Assembly (NCBI GenBank): GCA_965112735.1
Contig: OZ218953.1
Coordinates: 1,302,001-1,366,000, forward strand
Source: Phaeosaccion multiseriatum
Lineage: Eukaryota > Protista > Ochrophyta, other classes
Reading direction: 5' to 3'
Length of the DNA stretch: 64,000 bases
Shown here: in pieces, positions 26,756 to 39,900 of the stretch
Layout of the letters: each line of letters starts with the position of its first letter
How positions within the stretch are numbered: the stretch's first letter is position 1
Notes under the pieces: generated by a model
Seen by the model: the letters and a program-made list of their open reading frames with translations, nothing else
The model's database searches: none
What the model was told of the DNA's origin: nothing
Made by a program: the position numbers and the translations under genes

Positions 26756-29313
26756 ATGGAGGGAGCTCTGGCGGCCTATCTCTGCCCCAATGCAAGAGCC
26801 AAGCGCTCCTTCGTGGCCTTCCTTCGTCTTGCTGGACTTTTCACCGTGGCCCAGAGCTTCCAGCAGGTGCGGTGTGGCTGGGTCTTTGTGTGTGCGCTGA
26901 CATATTTTGAAATTCGCGAGAGGAGGGTTCCCGAGGCGAACTTCTTTCCCCTTCCCCTCACTCACTCACTCACTCACACACTCACTCTCTCATGCCATAC
27001 CCCACGCACCCTCTGCCGTTTGATCCCTCGCTCTTTACCCACGTGGGGTCCAGCAGGGTCTGCATGTAGGCTCCGCTCCTGCTGCCGGGGCCTCTGCACG
27101 GGCCTCCACGTCGACCAACCCTACCACCCCCACAACAGCATACAGGAGATGGACACATGCGGGTCGGGGTACATCTTCTCTTCCTGCCGGGGCTCACTCC
27201 TGTCCGTTCCCTTCCTGTGCGCCTTTTTCAAGCGGCAGAAGGAGGCGGCGAGTGGCCGGAGTGGTAAGAGCGGCGGAGGGGGCGCGTACGGGAGGGGGAA
27301 GAGTGAGTCGGGGTGTTCGCTTGTTCGGCTTGTTCGACGCGAGGAGGGGTAAAGACAGTGAAGGAGGCGATGATGAAGTCTGGAAGGACAAAGGTGAAGG
27401 CAACGAGGAGGTGGTGCAGGAGGAGGAAATGGAGGAGGAAGTCTGGGAGGACCACGAGGAGGTGATGAAGCAGGATGGAGAGGAGAAGGAGGATGAAGCC
27501 TGGGAGGACTATGAGGAGGAAGAAGAGGACGATGAAGGGGGTGTAATCTGGGAGGACACTGAAGAAGGCACTGAGGAGGAGGAAGACGAGGAGGAGGAGC
27601 AGGAGGAGGAGGAGGAGGAGGTTAGAGAGTCGCCAGTCATTCGTGAGAAACGTGGGAGGAGGGGGGGGAAGAGAAACCGGGACGACGACGGCATTGACCC
27701 CTTCGCACCAGCAGCGGAATACGCCTTCCCGGTGATGGGTGGCTTCGGGTCCATGGCAGACGCATGGGGGGCTGCTCAGGCGGAGGTGGAGGCCGACACT
27801 CGTGGGGAGAGGGAGAGGAAGAAGCGCTCGGAAACCTGGGCCAGAAGGCTGGGGGGGCTTGGGAACATTAATGCTGCTGCGGCGGCCAAAGCGGCAGGCT
27901 GGACCACAGGGGGTGACGGTGACATTTACGACGAGAGTGATGGTGGTGGTTTTGGCGACGATGCGTATGAGGAACATGCATATCATGATGATGATCATGA
28001 TCATGATGATGAAGATGATGATGATGATGAAGATGATCACCTTGACGTGGATCGGCCCTTTACGGCGGAGGAGCACGAGTTCTTCATTGAGGCGTGGCGG
28101 GGGCAGCAGAGCCGAGAGACGAACGAGTACTTTGAAGTCGTCAAGCATCTGTCCCCCTCGGAGCTCATCGGCCGTTTCATGCGCACGGCTCCGGCGAGGG
28201 TGCAAGAAGCCGTTCGTTCCACGGTGTTGGGGCTGTTGGGGACTCTGCCCCGGCACGCCTTTGAGACCACCGCCATCGGCACGGGAGACGCGTTGGCCAA
28301 CCTCATGTTCCACTTGCAGGTAAATGTCTTAAGTGCCGGGCCGTTAGTTTGGTGTGTCCAAGGGGGGGGGGAGGGGGGGGAGAGGGAGGGAGGGAGGGAA
28401 GGGGGGAGGGAGGGGAGGAAGGAAGGAAGGAAGGAAGGAAGGAAGGAAGTCGGTCCATTCGTCGGTCGGTCAGTCACCCGTTCAACCCGTCAGTCATGGA
28501 GGGGGTGCGAAGATTGGGTCGTGGCTCTTTCTTCCCTTCAGCCACACCACACACCACTCATTCGAGGTGGGGCGCCGCGGCCAGCGCAGAAGATTTTCCT
28601 TCCTCCCTTCCTTCCTTCCTTGCTTTAACAACTAACATTTCTTTTCCGTCTTGTTGCTGCTTGCACACCCTTCCACCAACCAAATCCGTTTTCTCTGGCC
28701 ATCTGTGAAAATTCACAGATGACGGGCTACATGTTCAAGAATGCCGAGTATCGCCTGAGCCTTCAATCGGCCCTCAGAGAGCCCTATGGTACGCCATTGG
28801 TGCCGGCATGTGTAGACATGGCATGTGCTTTATCGAATAGGTACCTGGCTGGTACCTTTTCACTCACACCCTATCTCTCGCTCTCTCTCTCTTCCTCCTC
28901 CTGCCCCCCCCCCCTTCTCCTTGCTGTGTCCTGCCTGCCCTCCTGCCCACCTTCCTGTGTTGTTGTCGAAGGCCTCCCCCCCGGCCGCAGCACCATGACC
29001 GAGTTTGAGGAGAAGATGATGGGCGAGATGCTGGGGCCCAATGGAAGCTTGGGGAATGATGCCAAGCAGAGAACGAGACCAAAGATATCGGGCAGGATCA
29101 AGCTCACGTATGAAGACAACAAGGTTAGTCAATGACGGAGGGAAGGAGGGAGGGGAGGGAAAGGAGGGAGCGGGGGAGTGGAGGGAGGGAGGGAGGGAGG
29201 GAGAACCGAAGATGGAGTGGGTAGCGTGCAATTCTGCTCATCTCTCCCTTGTGCCTCTGTGTGTGTGTCAGTGACAACGGATGCGCACGATTTCCCTCGT
29301 TCCTTATACTACG

Positions 29314-29367
<54 letters not shown>

Positions 29368-29721
29368 ATATATACCCACCTTATCTATCTATGTATATAC
29401 CCCCTGCACCCTACCTAACACAGGAGCTGGAAGTGGATGCAGAGGCGTACATGGGAGAGCTGTACGGCAAGGTGGTGCAGCTGGAGGCTCGCATCGAGAG
29501 TTCCAAGAGACTCGAGCAAGAAGCGGCGGAGAGGGACCTGCTGGCCTACGTTAAGAGCATGCCCGAGGAGAAACTCAAGGTAGTGGGAGACTGGTCAGCA
29601 CGGGGGGGGGGATGGCAGTGGATGGGGGCTTGTCTTGAGAATTGAACCTACACGAACGCCTTGGACGTCCGACGTCCCTCCGTTCCCCCCGCCCCTCACA
29701 CCCTGTCTCTTGTCGTCGTCG

Positions 29722-29760
<39 letters not shown>

Positions 29761-30059
29761 CACAGGCGCTGACCTTCAGCATCGGCGAAGACGTGATTGA
29801 GTCCATGCGGCTGCTTGTGGATACGGTACTGGGAGGCATGGGAGACGACCCCATAAGCTCAGGCTCTCTGACCCAGCAGACAGGCGCGGGGATGGCGCAG
29901 CTGTGCATGTGGCAACTGGTGGTGGGGTACAATTTGAGGTCGATGGAGGCGCGGAATGAGTTGCAGCAGCGCTTTGAGGAGGGAGGGTTGGATTTGGGGG
30001 GAGTGGAGGGAGAGGTGGAGCAAGAGGAGGACGGTGTGGATGATATCTTTTTTTCGTGA
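26756..30059 (+). CDS. DUF760-family protein (UV-B-induced At3g17800-like), probably plastid-targeted; 6 exons
   Basis: Signal-peptide-like N-terminus ending AQS-F, then an S/T/R-rich transit-like segment. Two DUF760-type repeats: 'NEYFEVVKHLSP...VQEAVRSTVLGLLGTLP...LANLMFHLQMTGYMFKNAEYRLSL' and 'DLLAYVKSMPEE...MAQLCMWQLVVGYNLRSMEAR'. Confidence 0.85.
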
Positions 30060-30866
30060 GTTAAAAGGGAAGGGCCCGATATTTCGATAGGGTAGTAGGG
30101 TAATAGGGTTTAAACGTGTCGCGTCACACAAGTTGATGAGCCATATCGAGTGTGCTTCTGCTGGCTCTTCCACTCTTCAGTACTTCTTTCCCAAGCAGAA
30201 GAGGAGGGAGGTGAGGTGAGGTGGGGGGGGGGGGGGGGGCGGTTAAGAGAGAGATACATAACGAGATGCGGACATTGATTAGCGCTGCTCGAGGACAAAG
30301 GCAGCAGGCCGGGCTGTCGGCAGAGGCGGCGCGAGAGAGAGATGTCATGGGACATTGTACATATACATAAGGCAGGGAGAGGGAAGGAGTAGAGCATGTC
30401 AGAGCGCTGGGCGGGGGAGGAAACCGCGGGGTTGGGGGGGGGGGGTACAATGCGAAAAGTGTAGTATATATAGATAGACCCCCCCCCCCCGTTTGTCCTG
30501 CCCAAGGGATGGAGGGGCCTTTGGTTTCGAGGGTGCACTCACTCTCTCGTTCCAACAAAATTTCAAGTATCAGCACCACCGCAAGAACATCTTTAGCTCT
30601 TTCTCCTCTCTGCGGCTGGGGTCGGTCCTGGCCCTGCTCCTGCTGCTCCTCCTGCTGCCCAACCCCTGGACTCCCGTCACGACCGCAGAATATGAAGAGA
30701 TGGCGAACGAGGGAGCGAGAGGGAGAGAGAGGGAGGAGGGGGGGAGGGGAACCCAACCACCAACCCAACCATCCACCACACCCTTCCCCACCCCCCCCCG
30801 CCTCCTCAGAGTAGAGGGAGATACCCCACCAACGGAGAGAGGGATCACCTTTTCCTCCCCTCTCAC

Positions 30867-31299
30867 TCACGACCACAGCTCTTGCACGTACCGGCCGCCC
30901 TTCTGTAACGCCGCCACATAGGCCACGGCCTCCTTCTCACTCATATCCCCCTCCCTCTGCGCCATGCCCACAAAGGCCCGGTGTACATCTTGTCCCATGG
31001 CGGTCCCTCCACACACGTACACGCACGCGCCCTCGTTTTGAAGTTGGGACCACAGGGTGGAGGACTGGGCCGTTGCCAAATGCTGAACGTACACCTTCTT
31101 CTGCTCGGCCCCCTCTCCTCCTCCTCCTCCTGCTGCTGCTGCTGCTGCTCCTTGGCGACTAAATGCCAAGTGGAGCGCATCCAGTGTGCCATCCTGTTGC
31201 CACGCCTCCAACTCCTCTCTATAAATGTAGTCCTCATCCTCCCTCCGGCAGCCAAAGAAGAGCGTATTTCGACCCCCCCCTCCTCCCCCTCCCCCTCCC

Positions 31300-31335
<36 letters not shown>

Positions 31336-33644
31336 TCTGCTGCCCGTCGGTACTGCCGCTCCTGCAGCAGCGCCCTCATCGGGGCAATACCCGTCCCTGG
31401 TCCCACCATGATGATTGGGGTGGAGGGCTCTGCCGGTAGGCGGAAGGTCGACGCCTTGACAAAGATCCGACACGTGTGGTCTGCTGCTTCTTGTTGTTCA
31501 GCTGCCGGCCCTACGCCCTCCAACCCCGCTAGGAAATTAGTGCAAATGCCTCGAAACTCTCGACCTTGGCTGTGGCTTCTCGCCAAGACGGCGACGGTGA
31601 TGGCGGCCTGTTGCGGGTGCACGCTACTGCTGCTGCTAATGGTGTAGTAGCGAGGGTGCAGCCTGGGCAGGGTGTGCAGCAGTGTGTCTAGGGGGATGTG
31701 TAGCGAGGAGAGGTCCCCCAGCAGCAGCTCCAGCAAGGTGCGCTGCTCGTCCTCCACGTGGTGCCTGGGGGAGTGAAGAGGAATGAAGACGAGAGAAGGG
31801 GGGAATAGGAGGGTGGAGAGGATTAAAGGGGAGGGGGAGGAGGGGGAAGGAATGAAATAAGTGAAGAGAAGGGGTTTTACTGAAGGTTAAAGGATGGGGA
31901 AGGATTAAATGAATGAATGAATGAATGAATAGAGAGAGGATAGGTCCGCCCGCACCACTGAGACCTCAATAGACGTACTCACGTCTCCACTCCGCACCCG
32001 CAAAGGAAAATACTCGCTTGAGGTGAGAGAGGGAGAGAGAGAGAGAAATGAACTCATAAGTCAGCAAACTCTCCTCACCTGAACAGTTCCTTTGCCTGCG
32101 GTTCTCTGCTCACTATGTGTTCCAGCCACCGCCGCTGAGCCTTGTCCTTGACGAGCGGACGGAGTCTCTCCAGCAGCGACCGGTGGGGTACGCTGTTGAA
32201 GTCCACATAGGACGTTAGCGCCTCCTGGACAGAGCAGGGAGTGGGGAACAGGGCCTTGCCGTTACTCTCGGAGCTGTAGTCCAGTGTGAAGGAGGCCTGC
32301 GTGGAGAGAGGGAGGTGGGGAGGGAGGGAGGGAGGGAGGGAGGGAGGGAGCGAGAGAGAGACGGGGGGGCGGAGAAGGAGAAAGAGAGAAGGAGAGACAG
32401 AGAGACGGAGGGAGGGGGAGGGAAGTGAGAACAAGGCCAATTGGACAGCACGGCATCGCCCCGCCCGTCCCCGCCCCAGCGAAGCTTCCGAAACCGTCCC
32501 TCGGCGCCCTTGCTCTTTACCCCCCCCCCCCCCGCCGCTCCCTCCCTTCACCACGCCGCACCTGCAGCTCGTAGCCCATATGCCTGGCGAGGCTCTCCAC
32601 GCTACCGGGGCTGTTCTGGGGCATGACAGCGAGGTTGTCGGCCGTTTCGTAGGTAACACCTGTTCCCCGGAGGTCGATCTCCACGTGGCGGGTGCTGCCC
32701 GTGCCCTCCTTGTCGCTGTTTCGCAGCTCCCTGTTGACCGCCACCCTGGCCTCCGTGCTCTCCCAGTAGAAGCGCGTGGACGAGGCCGCCTGGCTCGCCG
32801 GCGTTCGAGTCTCTCTGGCGGCGGCTTTGGCACTCAGGTAGCGGATGCTGAAGGGGGCGGCCAAAGCCTCCACTTCGGCTGCCTCATCCGCTGCCGCGCT
32901 GCTGCCTTGACGGTTGCCCTCCTCGTCTGCAGCGGTCAGCCCTATGAACCTCTCGACCAAGGCGGGCCAGAGCTTTTCCTTCCAAGCCTCAAAGTCCTCA
33001 TCTAGGTCCGCGTCGTCGTCTCCCTCCCCATACTCGAACATCCTCTCCCCTCCCAGCACTTCCATCTGCTTGTCGGTGGCCTTTCCCATTCGATTGTAGT
33101 GCTCGTACTGCTTGTTCCCCAGACCAAAGACGGCAAAGTGAAGACCGACCATCGGCCGATCCGCTTCCGTCGCCTCCGCCGCGTTTTCCTTCTCCTCCAG
33201 CGCTTCCGCAGCCTTGGACACGTATTTCTCAAAGCCCACTGCGTTATCGGTAGGGTCCCCCTCCCCATACGTAGCCATGAGGAAGATGACCTTGTCTGCG
33301 CCCGTCAGTGCCTCCACCGTAAAGTCTTCCAGGTCGAGGACGGTGGTGCGAAAGCCGTGTCGCTTCCCCTCGGCCTTGAGCGAGTTTGCAAAGCCCTCTG
33401 CCGTCCCCGTCTGGCTCCCGAAACATACCACGAGGTCTCCTCCCGGGGTGCTGCTGCTACTACTGCTGCCATTCCGCCCATCTCGACCACTAGACGCCTC
33501 AATACCGTTGCCGCTGGCGATGGCAGCCCTGCTTTTGTTGCTGCCGTCCGTCTCCTTGTCCCGGCGAAGCAGCAGAGCAGCGGCGCTGGCCAGCACCACC
33601 GCCCCTAGCGCCACCCCTGCGTAGAGCATAGCGTCGGCGTCCAT
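30867..33644 (-). CDS. CPR: NADPH-cytochrome P450 reductase; 3 exons (~33644-32562, 32296-32079, 31764-30867)
   Basis: N-terminal membrane anchor. FMN motifs FGSQTGTAEGFA, MATYGEGDPTDNA, FAVFGLGNKQYEHYN. FAD/NADPH motifs PRYYTISSS, MVGPGTGIAPMRALLQER, LFFGCR, VYVCG. C-terminus RYVQELWS. Confidence 0.97.
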
Positions 33645-33960
33645 GTCCTCCTCCTGTGCGGGGAGGGGGGGTGTATTTACCAAAGACGGTTCGTCGCGTG
33701 GCGGGGCCCTGGCCTAAGCAAGAGCGCAATGAATTGCACTGTTTGGGATTGGGGCAAAGCTTCTTCGGCATTTGGACGCCACCGCTGCTTCCCGCTCTTG
33801 TCTTTCTTCTGCTCTTGTTTCTCCTCCTCCTTGAAGCGGATGGTCCTGCTTGTGCTGCCGTTTGTTGCACGTAGTGTAAGCAGTCTTTAGAAGAGGGCGA
33901 AGTGCCTTTCCTCAGGGGGAGGGCCGTCGAGAGGAAGGCCCCCTTTTTGAGTTGGCAACC

Positions 33961-36900
33961 ATGATGCTTTGGCCGAGTACGAGGGAGGGAACTGGTATGG
34001 GCCCCGAAGCAGCAGCGGGGGCGGCAACAAGCACAGCAATAGCGGCGACCACTGCTCGAGTGGACCCCGAGCGCGCCTTGGAGTTCATGTCGGTGGATGC
34101 CGCCCGTGAGCTCCTGGAGCAGACCCACACCCAAGTGGTTGGCAAGCAAACCGAGCTTCAGACCATGGTGGGATCGCGATACCATGAGATTATAGAGTCG
34201 GCCGACAGCATCCTATCCATGAGGGACTCTGCTGCCAATGTCATGCACTTGCTGGTAAGTAAAGTAAGAGGTTTGCTGTCTTCCGCTTTGCACAGATGTG
34301 GCTTTCTCACTTGCCAACACGAGCAGCTTCCTCGTTTGGCTGACCCGTCTGGCTGCTGCTGCTGCATTTCGCAAGGCTCGAAGATGGAAGTTTGGCCCTC
34401 TCTCACCCGTTCGTTCTTCTGCACCTCCTCTTGCTGCCACTGGTGCTGCTGCGCTGTTTTGGCTCCACCGGGACAGGCGGAGCTACCGCCAGAGTGTGCA
34501 TCCGTGTTTGACACGCTGCAGAGGGATATCGAGTCGGGCTGGATATTAAACCACTCCCAGCAGGGAAGGGGCGGCACGAAGAGGAGCAGGGAGAGCAAGG
34601 GAGGGCCGGAAAGCGAGGAGGGGGGGCAGGGGGGCACAACGGCAGGAGTAGTAGCAGAGGGACAGGAGGACATAGATGAGGACAGAAAGAAGGAGGAGGA
34701 CGAGGCCGCAACCTCCCGCTCGTCCATGATGCTGATCCTCAACGCCCCCTCCGCCATCTGGGCCGCCCTGGACGACAGCCGCTTCCTGGAGGCCGCTCGG
34801 CTGCTGGTGCACTGCCAGTTGGAACTCGCCATGAAGACCCAACCGCTGCAGCTCGACCCGGGTGGGCCCAACGCAGCCTTTATCCGCAGCCAACGCACTT
34901 CTCTGGAGCATTTCCCCCATCGCATCCTGTCGGGGGCGAAGGCCGCGCTCGATGTAGGGAGACCCTCTCCCGGCAGCCTCACCACCGCTGGAAGAAGAAC
35001 GAGGAGCAGTGGCGGCGGTGGTGGTGGTGGTGGTGGTAGGGGAGGAGGAGGGGGGGACTCGGAATGCGCCGGGGCACTGGCGGCGATTTTGCTTTTGGAG
35101 GCGGCCAACACTAGAACCTCTCGCAGCAGTAGCAGTGAGAAGGGCAGTGAGAAGAGCAGCGGGAGTGTGAGTGTCAGTGTGCTGCGGAGCGTGTTGGAGG
35201 TGCTGCTCCGCCACAGAGGGCGTGCCGTGGCCCTTCTGCTACGGAGGGGCATGCGGGGCAGCAGCGGCACGAGGGGCGGACAGCAGGAGCAACAGGTGGT
35301 GATACAGCAGCAGCAAGAGCGGTGGAAGGGTATGGAGGCGGCTCTGCGTGTGGCTGTGCGCTGCGTCCAACAAACGATTTTGGATGTAGCCGCTCTCTTT
35401 GGCCCCGCCCCGCCGTCACCAGCCGCAGCAGCGGTAGCAGCAGCAGCAGCAGCAGAAGTTGGTGATACAGGAGCTGTTGGTGATACAGGAGCAACAGCAT
35501 CTTCGTGCCGCTTGACCAACATCGTGCTTGAGGTGTGTGTGGCTGCGTCCTCCTCCTTACAGTTATAGCCCCACTTACCTCTCCCTTCGTCCCACTTCAC
35601 AGCCCACTTCCTTACCTCTCCCTCCTTCTCGCTGGTGGTGCTGTGAAGCCTTGCTTTTCCTTCTCTTTGTTCCTCTTCCATCTTCCATGCACACAACTTT
35701 TTGCATCTTCCTCCTAACCACCCTTGCTCCACGCTCCCTCTTCCCTCCTTCCCGCCCCTCCCTCCCTTCCTTCCTTCCTTCCTTCCTGCCGCCCTCCCTT
35801 CCCTCCCTCCCACCGTCCAGACGGCGGCAGGAGGAGGCGCACCTCCCCTCTTCCTGGAGGGGCAGTTCCGCCTCAGCGATGACGTCATCAAGGAGCGCCT
35901 CACCGTGTGGCTGGGCCTCGTGGTGCCTCGAGTGCGTAAAGCAGCGACCCTACTGCTAAGAGGAGTCAGCGACGCTCCCTCTCTGGCCATGTTTCGTCAG
36001 TCTCTGTGGAGGGCGTCCGCAGCCCCGACCATTGTTGCTACCACCGAGACGAAGGCGGCGACTGCGGGGTCAGCAGCAGTTGGTGGTACGGCAGGAGCAT
36101 ACCTGGGGCTGCTGCGTACGGAGTGGGCGGAGGCTTGTGCCTTTGGGCTGGATGCGAGGGCCCTAGCGAAGGCGCTGTTGGGTGGGGGTGGGAAGGAAGA
36201 AGGTGGTGGTGCGGCGTGGGGCGGGACGGTTAGCGTCACCAAAGGCGAGGGATTGCAACTGTGGCCTTTGCTCTTTGCAGATATTTTCGCACATTTGACG
36301 GAGCAGCTTCTGCGAGACAACTTGCGAAAGGTGAGTGGGTGGGGTGGACGGGTGCTTGTGGGTCAGTGAGTGGGTGGGTGGGTCAGTGAGTGAGTGAGTG
36401 AATGAGTGAGTGAGTGAGTGAGTGAGTGAGTGAGTGAGTGAGTGAGTGAGTGGGTGGGGTGAACGGGTGCTTGTGGGTCAGTGAGTGAGTGAGTGAGTGA
36501 GTGAGTGAGTGAGTGAGTGAGTGAATGAGTGGGTGGGGTGGACGGGTGCTTGTGGGTCAGTGAGTGGGTGGGTGGGTCAGTGAGTGAGTGAGTGAATGAG
36601 TGAGTGAGTGGGTGGGTCAGTGAGTGAGTGAATGAATGAGTGAGTGAGTGAGTGAGTGAGTGAGTGAGTGAGTGAGTGGGTGAGTGAGTGAGTGGGTGGG
36701 GTGGACGGGTGCTTGTGGGTCAGTGAGTGAGTGAGTGAGTGAGTGAGTGAGTGAGTGAGTGAGGGAGTGAGCGAGTGAGGGTGGGTGAGTGAGTGAGTGA
36801 GTGAGTGAGTGAGTGAGTGAATGAGTGGGTGGGGTGGACGGGTGCTTGTGGGTCAGTGAGTGGGTGGGTGGGTCAGTGAGTGAGTGAGTGAATGAGTGAG

Positions 36901-39900
36901 TGAGTGGGTGGGTCAGTGAGTGAGTGAGTGAATGAGTGAGTGAGTGAGTGAGTGAGTGAGTGGGTGAGTGAGTGAGTGGGTGGGGTGGACGGGTGCTTGT
37001 GGGTCAGTGAGTGAGTGAGTGAGTGAGTGAGTGAATGAGTGAGTGAGTGAGTGAGTGAGTGAGTGAGTGAGTGGGTGGGGTGGACGGATGCTTGTGGGTC
37101 AGTGAGTGAGTGAGTGAGTGAGTGGGTGGGGTGGACGGGTGCTTGTGGGTCAGTGAGTGGGTGGGTGGGTCAGTCAGTGAGTGAGTGAATGAGTGAGTGA
37201 GTGGGTGGGTCAGTGAGTGAGTGAGTGAATGAGTGAGTGAATGAGTGAGTGAGTGAGTGAGTGAGTGAGTGAGTGAGTGGGTGAGTGAGTGAGTGGGTGG
37301 GGTGGACGGGTGCTTGTGGGTCAGTGAGTGAGTGAGTGAGTGAGTGAGTGAGTGAGTGAGTGAGTGAATGAGTGAGTGCGTGAGTGAGTGAGTGAGTGAG
37401 TGGGTGGGGTGGACGGATGCTTGTGGGTCAGTGAGTGGGTGGGTGGGTCAGTGAGTGAGTGAGTGAATGAGTGAGTGAGTGAGTGAGTGGGTGGGTGGGT
37501 GGGTGGGTGAATGAGTGGGTGGGGTGGACGGGTGCTTGTGGGTCAGTGAGTCGGTGGGTGAGTGAGTGAGTGAGTGAATGGGTGGGTGGGTGGGTGGGTT
37601 GGTGGGTGGTCATTGGGTGAGCGAGAGAAAGCAAGTAGCCCTGAATCTCCCGCCCCCGCTCTCTTCTCTGCTGGGTATGAATCTCTCTGTGCTGTGTGTC
37701 GCTTCCTCCCCTTTTCTTACTCTTCCCGTGTCACCCCACCCATGAATCGAGTTTGGTACTAGCGATTCCACGCACGCACACTTAACTCCCTCACTTTGAC
37801 GTGCCTCTGTTGGACTTATCAGGTGCGACTTCGGGTTGAGGAGCGGCTGGATGAGGTCTTGGAGTCGCTTACCACGCCAACCGCAGAGACGACGAACTTG
37901 AGCCCTTCTGGCACCACCACCACTACCACTACCAGTAGGAGGAGTAGTAACGGTGGGCTGTCACCCTCCGACTTGATCGAAGGCGCAGACAGCGTGGCGT
38001 CGCTCCTCTCCAAGGGACTGCGAACCGTGGTGAAGGATGCATGGAGGGTGGTACGCCAGCAGCAACAGCAGTTGGTGATACAGCAGCGGGCCAACGCAGG
38101 CAGCACGGGTGATGGTGGCGGCAGGAGCAGCGAAGTTAGCGACTCCGCTGTCGCCTCGGCAGCCGCAGCGCTCGAAGTAGCGCTCTTTTTTGGCTGCACG
38201 GCAATGCTCACCACACTCGTCAACCACCTCCGCTGCCGCCTCGAGGACCTCGCTGAGAGGATGCGCCAGCTGCAACGCGGCCGGAAAGAGGCACAGTCTT
38301 CATCACAGCAGCTAGGAGGAGGAAGAAAGAGTAGTAGCAGCGTGCGTGGAGGAGTTGATGTTGGTGGTGGAGGTGGAACTGGGGGTGTTGGTGCTTCGGA
38401 GGACGCGGGCCTGACCTCAGCAGCCCTCCTGGTGGGGCGTGTGGCGTGGCTGCTGGCGGGGCGGCGCTCCAAGGTTATTGCCAGAGTGCTGAAGGTGCCT
38501 CATGCCGTGGAGCTCTCTCCGAAGGACAGAATCGATAACGATCAGCTCCAGGCCGCCTTTGAGATTGCAGGTGCGTGAGTGCGTGCGTGCGTGTGTGCGT
38601 GTGTGTGTGCGTGTGTTCGCCTCTTGCCAGCCCCTGACCGACTTTTTTAACCGAAGTAACCATCACAAGCCCCTCAACCCTCCTCGTCTCCTCCCACCCC
38701 CGTCCGAACACACACGAAAATAGACACAAACGGCGACGGCGTGATGGATGCAGAAGAGTCCGAGGAGGCCCTCCAGGCCATCAGCGTGGTGGTCTCCAAC
38801 TATACCTACCATACCACCAACTCCTCCACCTCCTCCACCAGCAACAGCAATCAGGAGGCCCTCCGCATCGACCCCGCTCTCCACCGCTCCTTCACTCTAC
38901 CCGAGTTCACTCTCTTTACCACCTCTCTCCTCAACGACCAACGGCCCCTGCGCTCCTTCCTCCTGTGCCTGTCTGGGGTGCTAAAGGGGGCGGTGACACT
39001 GTGGAGCGAGCACGTGTTTGCAGTGCCGAGCGCCTTGCTGGAGGCGGGAGTTGATAGAGTCGCTGCCAGCTGTGAAGCCAAGCATATGGTGAGAGAGGGA
39101 GTGAGGGAGGGAGTGGGGCGTATGCATGAGTCACAGCATAGATCGATCTTTCGTGGTAGGTCGGAAGTAGGGTCGATGGTGATGGTGGTGGTGGTGGTGA
39201 TGGTGGTGGTGGTGGTGATGGTGATGGTGTTGTGGTGGTATGTCCTGAAATCCCATCTTCAATTTATCCGTGCGTTGGCCTTTCTTCTTGCCTCCCACCT
39301 CCCCTCCCCTCCCCTCCCCTCGGCCAGAGCGACGCGCAGTGGAGGAGCAGACACGGCTTGTGGGAGCAGCAACTGCTCAGCATGGAAGGTGAAGACAAGG
39401 GCAAGGGTGAGAGCGAGGAGTCAAGTGAGGTGGGCCGGGAGAAGGACATGGACGGAGAGGAAGGGCAAGCAGGGGAGGCGGAGGAGGGAGGGGAAGGAGC
39501 AGCAGCAGCAGCAGCAGTGGAGGAGGAGGCGGTATGGGCGCCTGTGACGGTGAGCCCCTTCATCCTTACGTACCTCTCCCTGCTGGCCGCTGAGCTGAGC
39601 AAGCTGTGCTGTGCGGCCGATACCGTCTCCGAGCTGCTGCTCTCGAGGCAGTTTCAGAGGGCCGAAGGGGGCGGCGGGATGGCAGTGGATGGAGAGAGTG
39701 GGGGGGCACGGGATATGCTGGGGATGGCGAGGAGGCTCGTGCTGCGAAGGCTCACGGCGGAGCTTCAAGCCACTTATCAAGGTGTGTCTGTGTTTGTGTG
39801 GGAGTGTGTGTCTTGGGTGTGTTTGAGGGTGTGCATGTGAGGAGGAGAGAAGAGTGCAGGTGTGTGTGTGTGTGTGGAGGGGGGGGGGGGGGGGCCGGCG

